A stretch of 63,985 bases of DNA, counting the filler, from Candidatus Hydrogenedentota bacterium (lineage in GTDB: Bacteria > JBFMHD01): NCBI GenBank assembly GCA_040752395.1. It is 5 parts of 5 records of this genome, joined end to end, with 100 filler letters (N's around TTAATTAATTAA, not from the genome) between each part and the next. Parts side by side here need not be neighbours in the genome. Positions count along the whole stretch, not along the records: positions 1 to 26,232 come from JBFMHD010000010.1; positions 26,333 to 36,039 come from JBFMHD010000100.1; 3 more parts are not named here. One strand, written 5' to 3'. Positions within the stretch are counted from its first letter, which is position 1, and every line of letters starts with the position of its first letter. The translations under genes were made by a program, and so were the position numbers. Shown here piece after piece: positions 19,681 to 28,886 of the stretch. Below the pieces are notes generated by a model, which was given only the letters and a program-made list of their open reading frames with translations, had not been told where the DNA came from and made no database searches.

Positions 19681-19784
19681 TTTCCTTCCCTTTAAAGTGT
19701 CTCACGTTTCAGGGGAACAGTATATTTTATTATTAAAAATTTACATAATTTTGTCGATAAATAAGAGGATAGGATATAATATAA

Positions 19785-21059
19785 ATGCAGAAGTCAAAAT
19801 TAAAAATGAGAAATCCTATTTTGAAACACTCAAAGCTGACCCCACTGTTTTTTTACTTCTTACTTCTCTCCTGTGCGCAAAGTAACAGATACATTAAACC
19901 CGAGATAAATCAGAACTTTGCTATAAATGAAGACGTCTCGAATATAAATAGTGTAGCTGTTATGCCTTTTAAATATCCGCAGAATAATCCGGGGATAGGT
20001 AAAATTGCTACTGATGAACTTATTATACAACTGATGAAGATGGAACAATTTAATATTAAATCCAGTGAGATACCACTGGCTGATATTGATGGAATTTTTA
20101 TTGGCGAGGTTTTTAAATGCAATTTATATGATGGGAGAAATCCTGTTCAAATCGGTATAAATATTAAGTTGATTGAAAATGAGACAGGCAAGACCATATG
20201 GAGTGCATCTGATATCTTTTATGGGGACGAAGAAGGAGTCTTAATGCTGGTTCCTCCTGATTTAAGAGAGAAAATCTACAAAGATGAGAAGATGTTATGC
20301 CGGGTTCTTGTAAGAGAATTATCTAAGAGCTTGAGTTTTGTAACTAATCTTCCTGAGAAACAAGCCATTATTCCAACAGAATCAAGGAAGCAAGAGCAAA
20401 TTGTCGAGGGAAAAAGAATAGATATTATTGAGAAAGAGACTAAAAAGGAAGAGGTAAAGGAAGTAGTAAAAGAAGAGACCACCGCTGAGATAGTAATAAG
20501 GGAAGAAATAAAAGTCCCGAAGAAACCTACTACGATTGAGTTTCAGGATTATGTATTATTTGACAAGAATAAAATAGAGATAAAAAAGGATGCTTTAAAA
20601 AATCTTGATAATTTAGTTGAAATATTGAAAAAATTCCCTGATGTTTTAGTGCTGATTGAGGGACATACAAGTGATATGGATATTATTAAAAAGTCATTTT
20701 CCTCAAACTGGGAGCTGTCATTTAAAAGGGCTGAGAGTGTTGCAAAGTATTTGATACAAAAAGGGGTAAATAATGATAAATTATTTATTATAGGTTGGGC
20801 TGACAGTTTTGCCAGGGTAAAAAATACTTCTGAAAAAAATCGCAGTCTGAATCGACGCGTAGAGATATATGTTATCCCTGATAAATATCAGTTTAATAAA
20901 GATACATTAGAGCTTTACAGGTTAATGGCAGATTATCTCTGTTTTGTAAGCAAAGAAAAAGCAGTAGAGTTGGGCAAAGAGGTTCTTAAAATACATCGAG
21001 AAAGCGATATCGCAAAATTTATTGAGAAACGGCTACAGGTTTTAGAAATTGTCAAATAA
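19785..21059 (+). CDS. Lipoprotein with an OmpA/MotB-like C-terminal domain
   Basis: Lipobox LLLSC; motifs VAVMPF, IEGHTS, SNWELSFKRA and NRRVEI. Confidence 0.85.
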   Translation: MQKSKLKMRNPILKHSKLTPLFFYFLLLSCAQSNRYIKPEINQNFAINEDVSNINSVAVMPFKYPQNNPGIGKIATDELIIQLMKMEQFNIKSSEIPLADIDGIFIGEVFKCNLYDGRNPVQIGINIKLIENETGKTIWSASDIFYGDEEGVLMLVPPDLREKIYKDEKMLCRVLVRELSKSLSFVTNLPEKQAIIPTESRKQEQIVEGKRIDIIEKETKKEEVKEVVKEETTAEIVIREEIKVPKKPTTIEFQDYVLFDKNKIEIKKDALKNLDNLVEILKKFPDVLVLIEGHTSDMDIIKKSFSSNWELSFKRAESVAKYLIQKGVNNDKLFIIGWADSFARVKNTSEKNRSLNRRVEIYVIPDKYQFNKDTLELYRLMADYLCFVSKEKAVELGKEVLKIHRESDIAKFIEKRLQVLEIVK

Positions 21060-21151
21060 AATACCACGCCAACGCTGTTAAAAACAAAATATTGCAAAAA
21101 TTAATAATACATATTATTTTAATAGGAGAAAGAACACAGGAGGGAAAACAC

Positions 21152-21383
21152 AAAGATTAAAAGATTGAAAGATTCAAAATTTTTCTGATACTTCTCACTT
21201 TTTCAGAGGAGTCGTCATGAGCGCGTTTACGCTCTACACTATTGGGTTATTGGGTTATTGGGTTATTGCGTTCTTGCGTTCTACACAACGTATGAAAAAC
21301 CAGATGTTTGTTTATCTTGCTTCTTGCTTCTTGACTCTTGCTTCTACTTGATATTATTAGAGTTACAATGTTTTTCAGAGGAG
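21152..21383 (+). repeat. Modular repeat copy R8 (AAGATTGA, mini-cap, GGGTTATT x3, linker, TTGCTTC, cap)
   Basis: Blocks match the reverse copy R14 and the caps elsewhere. Confidence 0.9.
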
Positions 21384-21402
21384 GAGACAGAAAGGAGAAT
21401 GA

Positions 21403-23079
21403 GTGATTACGAAAATGTATCAATTTAAAGTAGGTCTTAGAAAAAAGATAACAGCGGTCATTGTTGTTTTGATAATTGCTATAATGGGTCCATTAACAGT
21501 TATTAATATAACACAAAATAAAAATCAAAGACTAAAAGAGATGAAAGACCGTGCAATAGCCATTGCAAAGAGTATTGGTATATCTCTCTATGAGCCGCTT
21601 CTAAAAGAAGAACCCCTGGGAACAAAATATTATGTTCTTGCTGAAACGATCTGTCAGGAAGAGGAAGATATAGTATCAGTTGTTATAAAAGATTATGATG
21701 ATAATATTATAGGCCAATATCCTGGAGAGCAAAGAGCGATTATAAGACAGACATATAATATCAGGGTTCCTATAGAATACAGCAACATTGACCTTGGTGA
21801 GATAGAGATGGTTTTTTCACTTAAAAAAGTAAATAGTGAGATTATTAAATTCAGGAATAAAAATATTAGGCTTACTTTAATACTTATGATAATCGGCATA
21901 ATCATCGCACATTTACTTTCTACAACAATTATCAGACCGATTGAAAAATTAGTTAAAGTAACGAAAGTTATAGGTGAGGGTGATCTTGGGCAAAGAGTTG
22001 ATATAAGAACCCATGATGAGATTGAGGAACTCGGTTTGATGTTTAATAAAATGACGGCTAATCTTGCAGAATATCAGAGAAAACTCAGACAGCATATTGA
22101 AGACCTGAAACATCTTGGGAAATTGACACTTGATATCAGTACTCAAATATATCAGGAAAATCTATTAGATATTGTTGTAAAGAATTTTGTTGATCTTGCA
22201 AAAGTTAACAAATGCTCTCTTATGTTACTTAATGAATCAACAAATGAGTTGGTTATGAGATATGGGATCGGCGTGGATGAGCTTGTAAAACATGGTGCTA
22301 CGTTAAAGCTGGGAGAAGGTATTGCTGGTAAAGCTGCAGCAAGTGGTAATTATATTCTTATAGATGATATACTTAAATCTGAAGACTATATAATATTTAG
22401 CGGACAAAAACCGCCACAAAAGTCAGAGGCTTTACTCTCCATCCCATTGCTTATAGAGAAGAAAGTGATAGGTGTTATAACTGTTAATGATAAAAGATGG
22501 GGCGGTACCTTTAGCGAAGCCGAGGTAGATATTTTACTTATGTTTGCCAATCACATTGCAGCTGTAATTCATAATGCAAGACTATATGAGTTAGCTGTTA
22601 CAGATGGTTTGACGTTGCTTTATGTTCATAGATATTTTCAGCTACGAATTACTGAAGAGATTGACAGAGCAAAACGATATGGTCGACCTCTTTCACTATT
22701 GATGCTTGATATTGATAATTTCAAATTATTTAATGATACCTATGGTCATCAGGAAGGAGACAGATTACTTATTAATGTCTCACGTATTATGAAAAGTTGT
22801 GTACGAGTAAATGATATTGTTTGTAGATATGGTGGTGAAGAATTTGCGATCATTCTTGTTGAGACCGAGAAAGAGGGGGCAAAAATTGTCGCTGAACGAA
22901 TTCGTAAAGAGATAGAGGAATTTAAGTTTACCATAGGGAGCGAGCGTCGCGGATCCACAATATCGATTGGGATAGGTACCTGGGAAACAGGCTGGACCAA
23001 GGAGATGTTGATTAATAAAGCGGATAAAGCTCTTTATAAAGCGAAATCTCTTGGTAAGAACCGTGTTGAAATGATATAA
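21403..23079 (+). CDS. Membrane diguanylate cyclase (HAMP-GAF-GGDEF)
   Basis: Two TM helices, HAMP and GAF; motifs TDGLT, DIDNFK and RYGGEEF with RxxD I-site. Confidence 0.95.
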   Translation: MITKMYQFKVGLRKKITAVIVVLIIAIMGPLTVINITQNKNQRLKEMKDRAIAIAKSIGISLYEPLLKEEPLGTKYYVLAETICQEEEDIVSVVIKDYDDNIIGQYPGEQRAIIRQTYNIRVPIEYSNIDLGEIEMVFSLKKVNSEIIKFRNKNIRLTLILMIIGIIIAHLLSTTIIRPIEKLVKVTKVIGEGDLGQRVDIRTHDEIEELGLMFNKMTANLAEYQRKLRQHIEDLKHLGKLTLDISTQIYQENLLDIVVKNFVDLAKVNKCSLMLLNESTNELVMRYGIGVDELVKHGATLKLGEGIAGKAAASGNYILIDDILKSEDYIIFSGQKPPQKSEALLSIPLLIEKKVIGVITVNDKRWGGTFSEAEVDILLMFANHIAAVIHNARLYELAVTDGLTLLYVHRYFQLRITEEIDRAKRYGRPLSLLMLDIDNFKLFNDTYGHQEGDRLLINVSRIMKSCVRVNDIVCRYGGEEFAIILVETEKEGAKIVAERIRKEIEEFKFTIGSERRGSTISIGIGTWETGWTKEMLINKADKALYKAKSLGKNRVEMI

Positions 23080-23984
23080 TGGTAGAAAAATCATTTTATT
23101 ATATTAAAGATTTATTCTCACCGGATATACTTTATAAGTTATCACGTCTGGATTTAAAGTATTATTCTACAGTAAGGACACTTTTAAAGGGTCAGCATAT
23201 CAGTAAAAGCGTTGGTCCTAACATTGAATATGCAGAGCATCGGGAGTATGTGCCGGGAGACGATATTCGTAGAATTGATTGGAAGGTTCTTGCGCGTCAG
23301 GATAGATTGTCTATAAAGCTTCAGCAGGAAGAGGAGAGTCTGCCAGTTGAGATTTTTGTTGATGTATCCCGGTCAATGTATTTCCCAGAAAAAAATAATT
23401 TAATAAAAAAACTTGAGAATGCCTTGTTTTTAGGGCTTGGTACAGGTTTTGTGTTCCTTAATAAAAAAGATAAAGTAAGAATACATTTCTTTTCTGACTC
23501 TGTATTTAATTATGAAGGAAACTTACCACTGTCTTTTGGTGATCTATGCAATGTTTTGATGAGGGTGCCACAAGATGAAAAGTCGGATTTCAAACGCATA
23601 TTTAACCAGATTATAGAGTTTATTTCTCCTGGTAGCCTTATTATCTTTATTACTGATGCTATAACTGATGAAGATATTTTTATAAAAGGTATGAAAATGA
23701 TTGCGGGTAAAGACGTCGTCGTCGCAACCGCACATATACTGAGCTCTTTTGAAATTGATCTTATAAGAACCAAACCTGTTATTTATCTTGATTCTGAGAT
23801 TAATAACGAATTAAATGTTGACCCACTTTATATAAGAGAAAATTTCAAACAAAGAATTAGCTCGTTTATCCAGACTATATCTTCTGAATTACGAAAGAAC
23901 GGGTGTATCTATACATTTTTGCTAAATGAGAATAATAGAGTAGATAATTTGTTTAAGTTTTTAAGTAATTTTGTGAATCAATGA
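23079..23984 (+). CDS. DUF58 domain protein
   Basis: EYAEHREYVPGDDIRRIDWKV and VDVSRSM. Confidence 0.9.
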   Translation: MVEKSFYYIKDLFSPDILYKLSRLDLKYYSTVRTLLKGQHISKSVGPNIEYAEHREYVPGDDIRRIDWKVLARQDRLSIKLQQEEESLPVEIFVDVSRSMYFPEKNNLIKKLENALFLGLGTGFVFLNKKDKVRIHFFSDSVFNYEGNLPLSFGDLCNVLMRVPQDEKSDFKRIFNQIIEFISPGSLIIFITDAITDEDIFIKGMKMIAGKDVVVATAHILSSFEIDLIRTKPVIYLDSEINNELNVDPLYIRENFKQRISSFIQTISSELRKNGCIYTFLLNENNRVDNLFKFLSNFVNQ

Positions 23985-25897
23985 TTGATTTTATCTCTTT
24001 TAAAGAACCCTTTTATCTCAATTTTATATTTTTATCACTTATTCCTATCCTTATTCACCTGTTAAAAATAAAACCAAGAGAAAAAGAGATACTCCCGACG
24101 TTACGGTTTTTACTGCAAATAAAAGATGAGCCGGTACAAAAAACAAAAATAAGAGATATAATCTCGTTATTATTAAAGGTTTTGTGTATATTGTTTTTTA
24201 TTTTAGGGTTTGCTATGCCTGTTTATATCCCTTTTTCCAGACAAGAAAGAGAAGCTTTATTTATAATTGACGATTCTGTCAGTATGAAAGCTGGAGAAGA
24301 ACACACATCGTTTGATAAATCAATAGAGGTTATAAGACGTGTTTACAAACGTTTACAACCAAGACCAGTACTTTATCTTCCTTTTAGCAAAAAAAGAATT
24401 ATTATAAAGGATGATTATGATTTTACAGGATTCCAGGCCACGTATATCGGCGATAACAGAGAACTAATATTAGCTTTATATAAAGAATTTGAGAGAGAAA
24501 CACAAAGAGCCGTGTTGTTTACAGATTTTGTAGGCAGGGGCTGGAATGATATAACCTATGCACCTGATAACTTTTTAGTAGTAAAAACAGGCACAGAGAT
24601 AAATAATAGTTCCTCAATAGATAATTTATATTTTAAGAAACCTTATCTTGTAGAAGAATCAAGAACAGAACTTAATGCTATTATAAAAAATAAAGACAGC
24701 ATTGATAGAATATTAAGATTAAAAATTGAACCAGAAACAGTGATTAATCAGAATATAAAGACAGATGCTTGTTATTCTTTTATAATAAAAGTTCCACAAA
24801 ATAGATTTGTTAATATTATCTGTAGCCTTACTGATGATGATTTTAAATACGATAACGTTTATTATTTTACAGAGAGAGTTAATAAAAGGCCTAATATACT
24901 CATTTTACAGAACCCTAAATCAGCGGCCAGGATTTCAGGATTCTATATAAAAGATGCTCTAAAGCCTTATCTCGAAGAAAAAGATAATATCGTGAATTTA
25001 ATAAGTACGCTCTCAGCCAATGATATGACTGATAATAATGATATATTTTTTATTCTTGAACTCGATGATGACATAGATATCTCAAAAGAAAAGATAATAG
25101 AGTTTTTGAGTAAAGGAAAGAGAGTATTTATAACTTTAAGCAGGAATTTTGATACCTCGCAATTTTGCGAGTTTTTTTTCTCTCAAAAAGCAACTTTTAA
25201 AGAAGAAAAGACCGAACTCGCTACTTTCTCTGAAAATATAAGAGACGATATTATTGATTCTTTAAAATCTACAATCGTATATAAATATTTCAGATTAGAG
25301 GGGATACCACCTGATTATGAAACTATTATTAGTTTAAGTAATAATGAGCCATTTATTGTTCATAGAAAAATTGGGAAAGGAGATTTGTATATTGTCCTGA
25401 GTTCTTTAATGCCAGAATATAATGAACTTATGTTAAGCAGGGGATTTTTACCATTTTTAAATAATATAATTTTCAAAGAAGAAGAGACTAAATTTAATTA
25501 TAATACAGGCGATTTTATAAATTTTAAAGACGCAGAAAGAGTTATTTTTCCAACAGGAAAAATTGAAGAGATAAAAGGTGAGAATTATTTTATGTTTCAG
25601 GAGCCAGGGATCCATAAATTTATAAGAAATAAATCAGAGATAGAATACTACAGCGTAAATATTCCTAAAGAAGAGGGTAGCTTTGATATAAAAGAAGATA
25701 AAAAGTTGGGTAAAATAATACTTGATAAGGATTATGACAAAGTAGCAGATAGTATCTATGCACATCTTGTTGGCAAAGATTTATGGAGGTATATGTTTTT
25801 ACTCTCTCTTTTATTTCTTATATCAGAACTTTTATGGTATAGAAAAACGATACGCCTCAGTCATATAATATATTTTTTCACGGCTTCCCAGTTATAG
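23981..25897 (+). CDS. BatA/vWA-domain membrane protein
   Basis: BatA-like N-terminus PILIHLL...PTLRFL; IIDDSVSM; C-terminal TM helix. Confidence 0.85.
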   Translation: MIDFISFKEPFYLNFIFLSLIPILIHLLKIKPREKEILPTLRFLLQIKDEPVQKTKIRDIISLLLKVLCILFFILGFAMPVYIPFSRQEREALFIIDDSVSMKAGEEHTSFDKSIEVIRRVYKRLQPRPVLYLPFSKKRIIIKDDYDFTGFQATYIGDNRELILALYKEFERETQRAVLFTDFVGRGWNDITYAPDNFLVVKTGTEINNSSSIDNLYFKKPYLVEESRTELNAIIKNKDSIDRILRLKIEPETVINQNIKTDACYSFIIKVPQNRFVNIICSLTDDDFKYDNVYYFTERVNKRPNILILQNPKSAARISGFYIKDALKPYLEEKDNIVNLISTLSANDMTDNNDIFFILELDDDIDISKEKIIEFLSKGKRVFITLSRNFDTSQFCEFFFSQKATFKEEKTELATFSENIRDDIIDSLKSTIVYKYFRLEGIPPDYETIISLSNNEPFIVHRKIGKGDLYIVLSSLMPEYNELMLSRGFLPFLNNIIFKEEETKFNYNTGDFINFKDAERVIFPTGKIEEIKGENYFMFQEPGIHKFIRNKSEIEYYSVNIPKEEGSFDIKEDKKLGKIILDKDYDKVADSIYAHLVGKDLWRYMFLLSLLFLISELLWYRKTIRLSHIIYFFTASQL

Positions 25898-25955
25898 GTG
25901 GGATTAAGAAACAAGAGGCAAGATAATGGAAGAAGTGAGAAGTATCAGAAAAAGT
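25894..25955 (+). repeat. Short A-rich-arm repeat copy R9
   Basis: TAGGTGGGATTAAGAAACAAGAGGCAAGATA closely matches the reverse complement of 32918-32947; followed by GAAGTGAGAAGTATCAG. Confidence 0.8.
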
Positions 25956-26003
25956 ATTTGACTTAAAATTTGATTAGGCTTTAAATGTTATAGAGATTTA
26001 CGC

Positions 26004-26077
26004 GGGCGGTTAGCTCAGTTGGTTAGAGTGTATGCCTCACATGCATAAGGTCACAGGTTCGACTCCTGTACCGCCCA
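26004..26077 (+). tRNA. tRNA-Val(CAC), CCA not encoded
   Basis: Acceptor stem GGGCGGT/ACCGCCC; anticodon arm TATGC-CTCACAT-GCATA; T-loop GGTTCGACTCC. Confidence 0.95.
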
Positions 26078-26078
26078 C

Positions 26079-26232
26079 TATTGTGTTATTGTGTTATTGC
26101 GTTCTTGCGCTCTACACAAAGGATGAAAAACTAAAGATGATATAAAAAGAGTCGTGAGTCGTGAGTCAAAACAGGACTCGAGACTCAAGACTCAAGACTT
26201 TTCAGCAGGCTTTGGGCTTTTGGCTCCAGCCG
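26079..26232 (+). repeat. Modular repeat copy R10 directly after tRNA-Val, truncated by the contig end
   Basis: GTGTTATT array, linker, GAGTCGT/GACTCAA and GGCT blocks. Confidence 0.92.
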
Positions 26233-26332
26233 NNNNNNNNNNNNNNNNNNNNNNNNNNNNNNNNNNNNNNNNNNNNTTAATTAATTAANNNNNNNNNNNN
26301 NNNNNNNNNNNNNNNNNNNNNNNNNNNNNNNN
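26233..26332. other. Artificial contig spacer
   Basis: N-run with TTAATTAATTAA. Confidence 0.99.
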
Positions 26333-26333
26333 T

Positions 26334-26555
26334 GGGTTTCTGAAAAAGAATTCAAAGATTGATTATATTCATGGCGAGGATGTAGTAAGATCGCTTGTAA
26401 AAAAAGGTAATAATATCGGTTTTTTATTACCACCGATGGATAAATATAAATTATTCAAATCAGTAATTATTGATGGTGTGCTACCGCGAAAGACTTTTTC
26501 TATGGGTGAGGCAGAAGAGAAACGATATTATTTAGAATGCAGATTTATAATTTAA
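26334..26555 (+). CDS. C-terminal part of a DUF1015-family protein (partial, contig edge)
   Basis: Translates as ..IDYIHGEDVV..GVLPRKTFSMGEAEEKRYYLECRFII*. Confidence 0.75.
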   Translation, partial: GFLKKNSKIDYIHGEDVVRSLVKKGNNIGFLLPPMDKYKLFKSVIIDGVLPRKTFSMGEAEEKRYYLECRFII

Positions 26556-26618
26556 TCATACAAATTCACCTCTTCCGGTACTACTTCCTCAATCTCATCA
26601 GAACAAATGCCGCCATCA

Positions 26619-26641
26619 TAAAAAATCTTCCGGCCGGAAGA
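26619..26641 (-). terminator. Intrinsic terminator of the HEPN-MNT pair
   Basis: Perfect palindrome TCTTCCGGCCGGAAGA followed by a T-tract on the minus strand. Confidence 0.65.
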
Positions 26642-26663
26642 GAATCAACCCGATCCGGCTGGC

Positions 26664-26981
26664 TTACATAATCACAATACCATGCTTTCTAATTTCATAA
26701 ATCAATGGTACCCATGTATCATTTTCAAAAGACTCTTCTGATATAGGGACAGGTTCTATCCGCGGATCAATTTCCGAAGCCATCTCGAACAATTTAACGC
26801 CCTCATTAAACCTGTCTTTGCCAAAATCCCTGGAAATAACTGCAATATCTATATCACTGTCTTTATGGGAAACGCCTGTTACCGTTGAACCATAGACAAT
26901 TACTTTTGACGGGCTGATCTGCTGCTCTTTCAATTTTTGTATAAATTTTTGAATTATTTCCCTAATCTCAGGAGTAACCAT
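26664..26981 (-). CDS. Minimal nucleotidyltransferase (MNT) antitoxin-like protein
   Basis: VYGS...G....DSDIDIAVIS. Confidence 0.9.
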   Translation of the reverse strand: MVTPEIREIIQKFIQKLKEQQISPSKVIVYGSTVTGVSHKDSDIDIAVISRDFGKDRFNEGVKLFEMASEIDPRIEPVPISEESFENDTWVPLIYEIRKHGIVIM

Positions 26982-27352
26982 TGAAACACCTCACGTATCT
27001 CCGATAAATTTTCTAAAGAAAATTCTTTTGTGCATTTTTCAAAATATATTTTCTGCTGATCCGGATATCGTGCTTCGAAATAGAATTCCATAAATTTAGC
27101 AAACTTCTTCCTTATTTCATCCGGGATTTCAAGAGTAAGTTTACTGGCAAGCAATGGCAATGAATGCGTATAGGGAGCATGGTCGTTAGATGCTTTAACA
27201 ACATGCGCTTTGAGCAGTTTCTCAATAGCTAAATGTCCAAAAAACAAAGCATATGGATATTTACCCACATTATACAAAGAATCAGCAACATCTAAATCAT
27301 AGCAGGCACCATTAACCCAGTACTCAATGAGTTTTTCAATATCAATGTTCAT
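26954..27352 (-). CDS. HEPN domain protein
   Basis: Motifs ALFFGHLAIEKLLKA, PYTHSL and ARYPD; coupled to MNT. Confidence 0.9.
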   Translation of the reverse strand: MNIDIEKLIEYWVNGACYDLDVADSLYNVGKYPYALFFGHLAIEKLLKAHVVKASNDHAPYTHSLPLLASKLTLEIPDEIRKKFAKFMEFYFEARYPDQQKIYFEKCTKEFSLENLSEIREVFQWLLLRLGK

Positions 27353-27502
27353 AAATTAATTATATAAATATAACTCTGTGTTAGTCAAGTACGACTTCAA
27401 TAAACGACCACTGATTGATTTACTTTTCGTTGGCTGTCTGTCCAAGGTCCATGCGCAGTGAGACCCGATGCTGGTTGCCGAGCTCCTTTAATTCAGACAG
27501 GC

Positions 27503-28774
27503 TTATTTAAGGATATTATCAGCGTGTTTTTGAATGGCATCGATACAAACGTCAATCGGCTTATTCTCTTTGAATACAGGATCCAGCAAATCTACATTAA
27601 TGGCATGATCAAGGTTTTTCCATTGAGGCACAGTCTCAAGGTATCTGGAATATGATAATGCTTCTATAAAGATAAACTGGTTTATCGATGATGGTAACCC
27701 GGCTGAGCTTAAAAAAGACGATGACTGAGCTATTGATTTACGTACAGGTATCGCTAATCCGGACTCTGCAACTTTTGTCTGAACATCATAACCTACAAAA
27801 TATTTCAATACCTCCCAGGCGAGTTCTTTATTGTTTGATTTTTCCGGGATAACCCAGGCTACAGTAAAAATAGGACCAGCTTGTTTTTCTTTATACGGGA
27901 TATGAGTTATACCCCATTTAAAATTATCTATTTTTTTAAATTCAAGGCAAGCCCATCGGCCGTAGGTGCACATAGCAGCTTTATTGCTCATAAATAGATT
28001 AAGTCCGCCAAACTGTGATAATGTTTTCGGGTCAGGTGCTACTTTGTATGTATAGATTAAATCGTAAATAAATTTTAGAGCTTCTATGGATTTAGCCCGG
28101 TATTTTTTATCACCAAGAACCCATTGCCGATTTTCCGTAATTTCTGCACCATTCTGCCACACCCACGGCGCCACCTCAAGCAGCCATGTCTCAACTATAT
28201 ACCCGTACTGGTCAATAGTTTTATCATTATCAAAATCTTTGGTAAGTTTCTTTGCGATTTCAAGAAACTGGTCCCAGGTCATCTTTTTCTCCGGATACCT
28301 GATACCTTCTTTATCAAATAAATCTTTATTAAAATACAGCACCATTGTGGTGAAATCTTTAGCGATACCATAAAGTTTGCCATTATACCGGAAAGATTCT
28401 ATTAACTCAAGATAAAAATCAGCGGTATCAAAACTATTATCCTTTGTTATAAACTCATCAAGGTTAGCAAGCAAATTGTTTGCTGCATAAAACGGGAACC
28501 ATTCTTTAGACATATACGTTAAATCAGGCGGGTCATCCTTCATAAAAAGTAACTGAAGATATTCATCGAAAAACGTAGCGGTACGGTGAAGAATTTTATA
28601 TTTAAAATCAGGGTGTAATTTTTTATAGCTTTCGAGCTGGGAATCTACAGTTTTCACTTCTTCTGGCGTACCCCAGATTAATATACGTAAAGCATCTTCT
28701 TTTTTCTTTGCACAGGAAATAGTTATACAACTAATAATAGTAACTAAAATAAACCAGAGCAACAGTCTCTTCAT
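27503..28774 (-). CDS. Sugar ABC transporter substrate-binding lipoprotein
   Basis: Lipobox Cys; YGIAKDFTTMVLYFNKDLF and TWDQFL. Confidence 0.92.
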   Translation of the reverse strand: MKRLLLWFILVTIISCITISCAKKKEDALRILIWGTPEEVKTVDSQLESYKKLHPDFKYKILHRTATFFDEYLQLLFMKDDPPDLTYMSKEWFPFYAANNLLANLDEFITKDNSFDTADFYLELIESFRYNGKLYGIAKDFTTMVLYFNKDLFDKEGIRYPEKKMTWDQFLEIAKKLTKDFDNDKTIDQYGYIVETWLLEVAPWVWQNGAEITENRQWVLGDKKYRAKSIEALKFIYDLIYTYKVAPDPKTLSQFGGLNLFMSNKAAMCTYGRWACLEFKKIDNFKWGITHIPYKEKQAGPIFTVAWVIPEKSNNKELAWEVLKYFVGYDVQTKVAESGLAIPVRKSIAQSSSFLSSAGLPSSINQFIFIEALSYSRYLETVPQWKNLDHAINVDLLDPVFKENKPIDVCIDAIQKHADNILK

Positions 28775-28803
28775 AAAAATTTATTCGTATCTCCTCACTG
28801 CCG

Positions 28804-28862
28804 TTTCTTGCTTCTCGCTTCTTTTTTCTAATACTTCTTACTTTTTATTTCCTACTTCTTCT
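28804..28862 (-). repeat. Short degenerate repeat arm R11 (TTGCTTC/ACTTCTT units)
   Basis: TTCTTGCTTCTCGCTTC...ACTTCTTACTT between the two SBP genes. Confidence 0.55.
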
Positions 28863-28886
28863 CAAGCTATAACTGGTGGAAAACAT

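Noticed and set aside
19655..19885. ORF MCLCAFVPP... and similar ORFs or extensions (54649-54846, 53188-53259, 32810-32851, 16016-16036)
   Set aside because: These are translations of repeat or tRNA DNA.
26233..26332. TTAATTAATTAA palindrome inside N-runs (four times)
   Set aside because: Artificial all-frame-stop linker; gene adjacency across these spacers is not biological.
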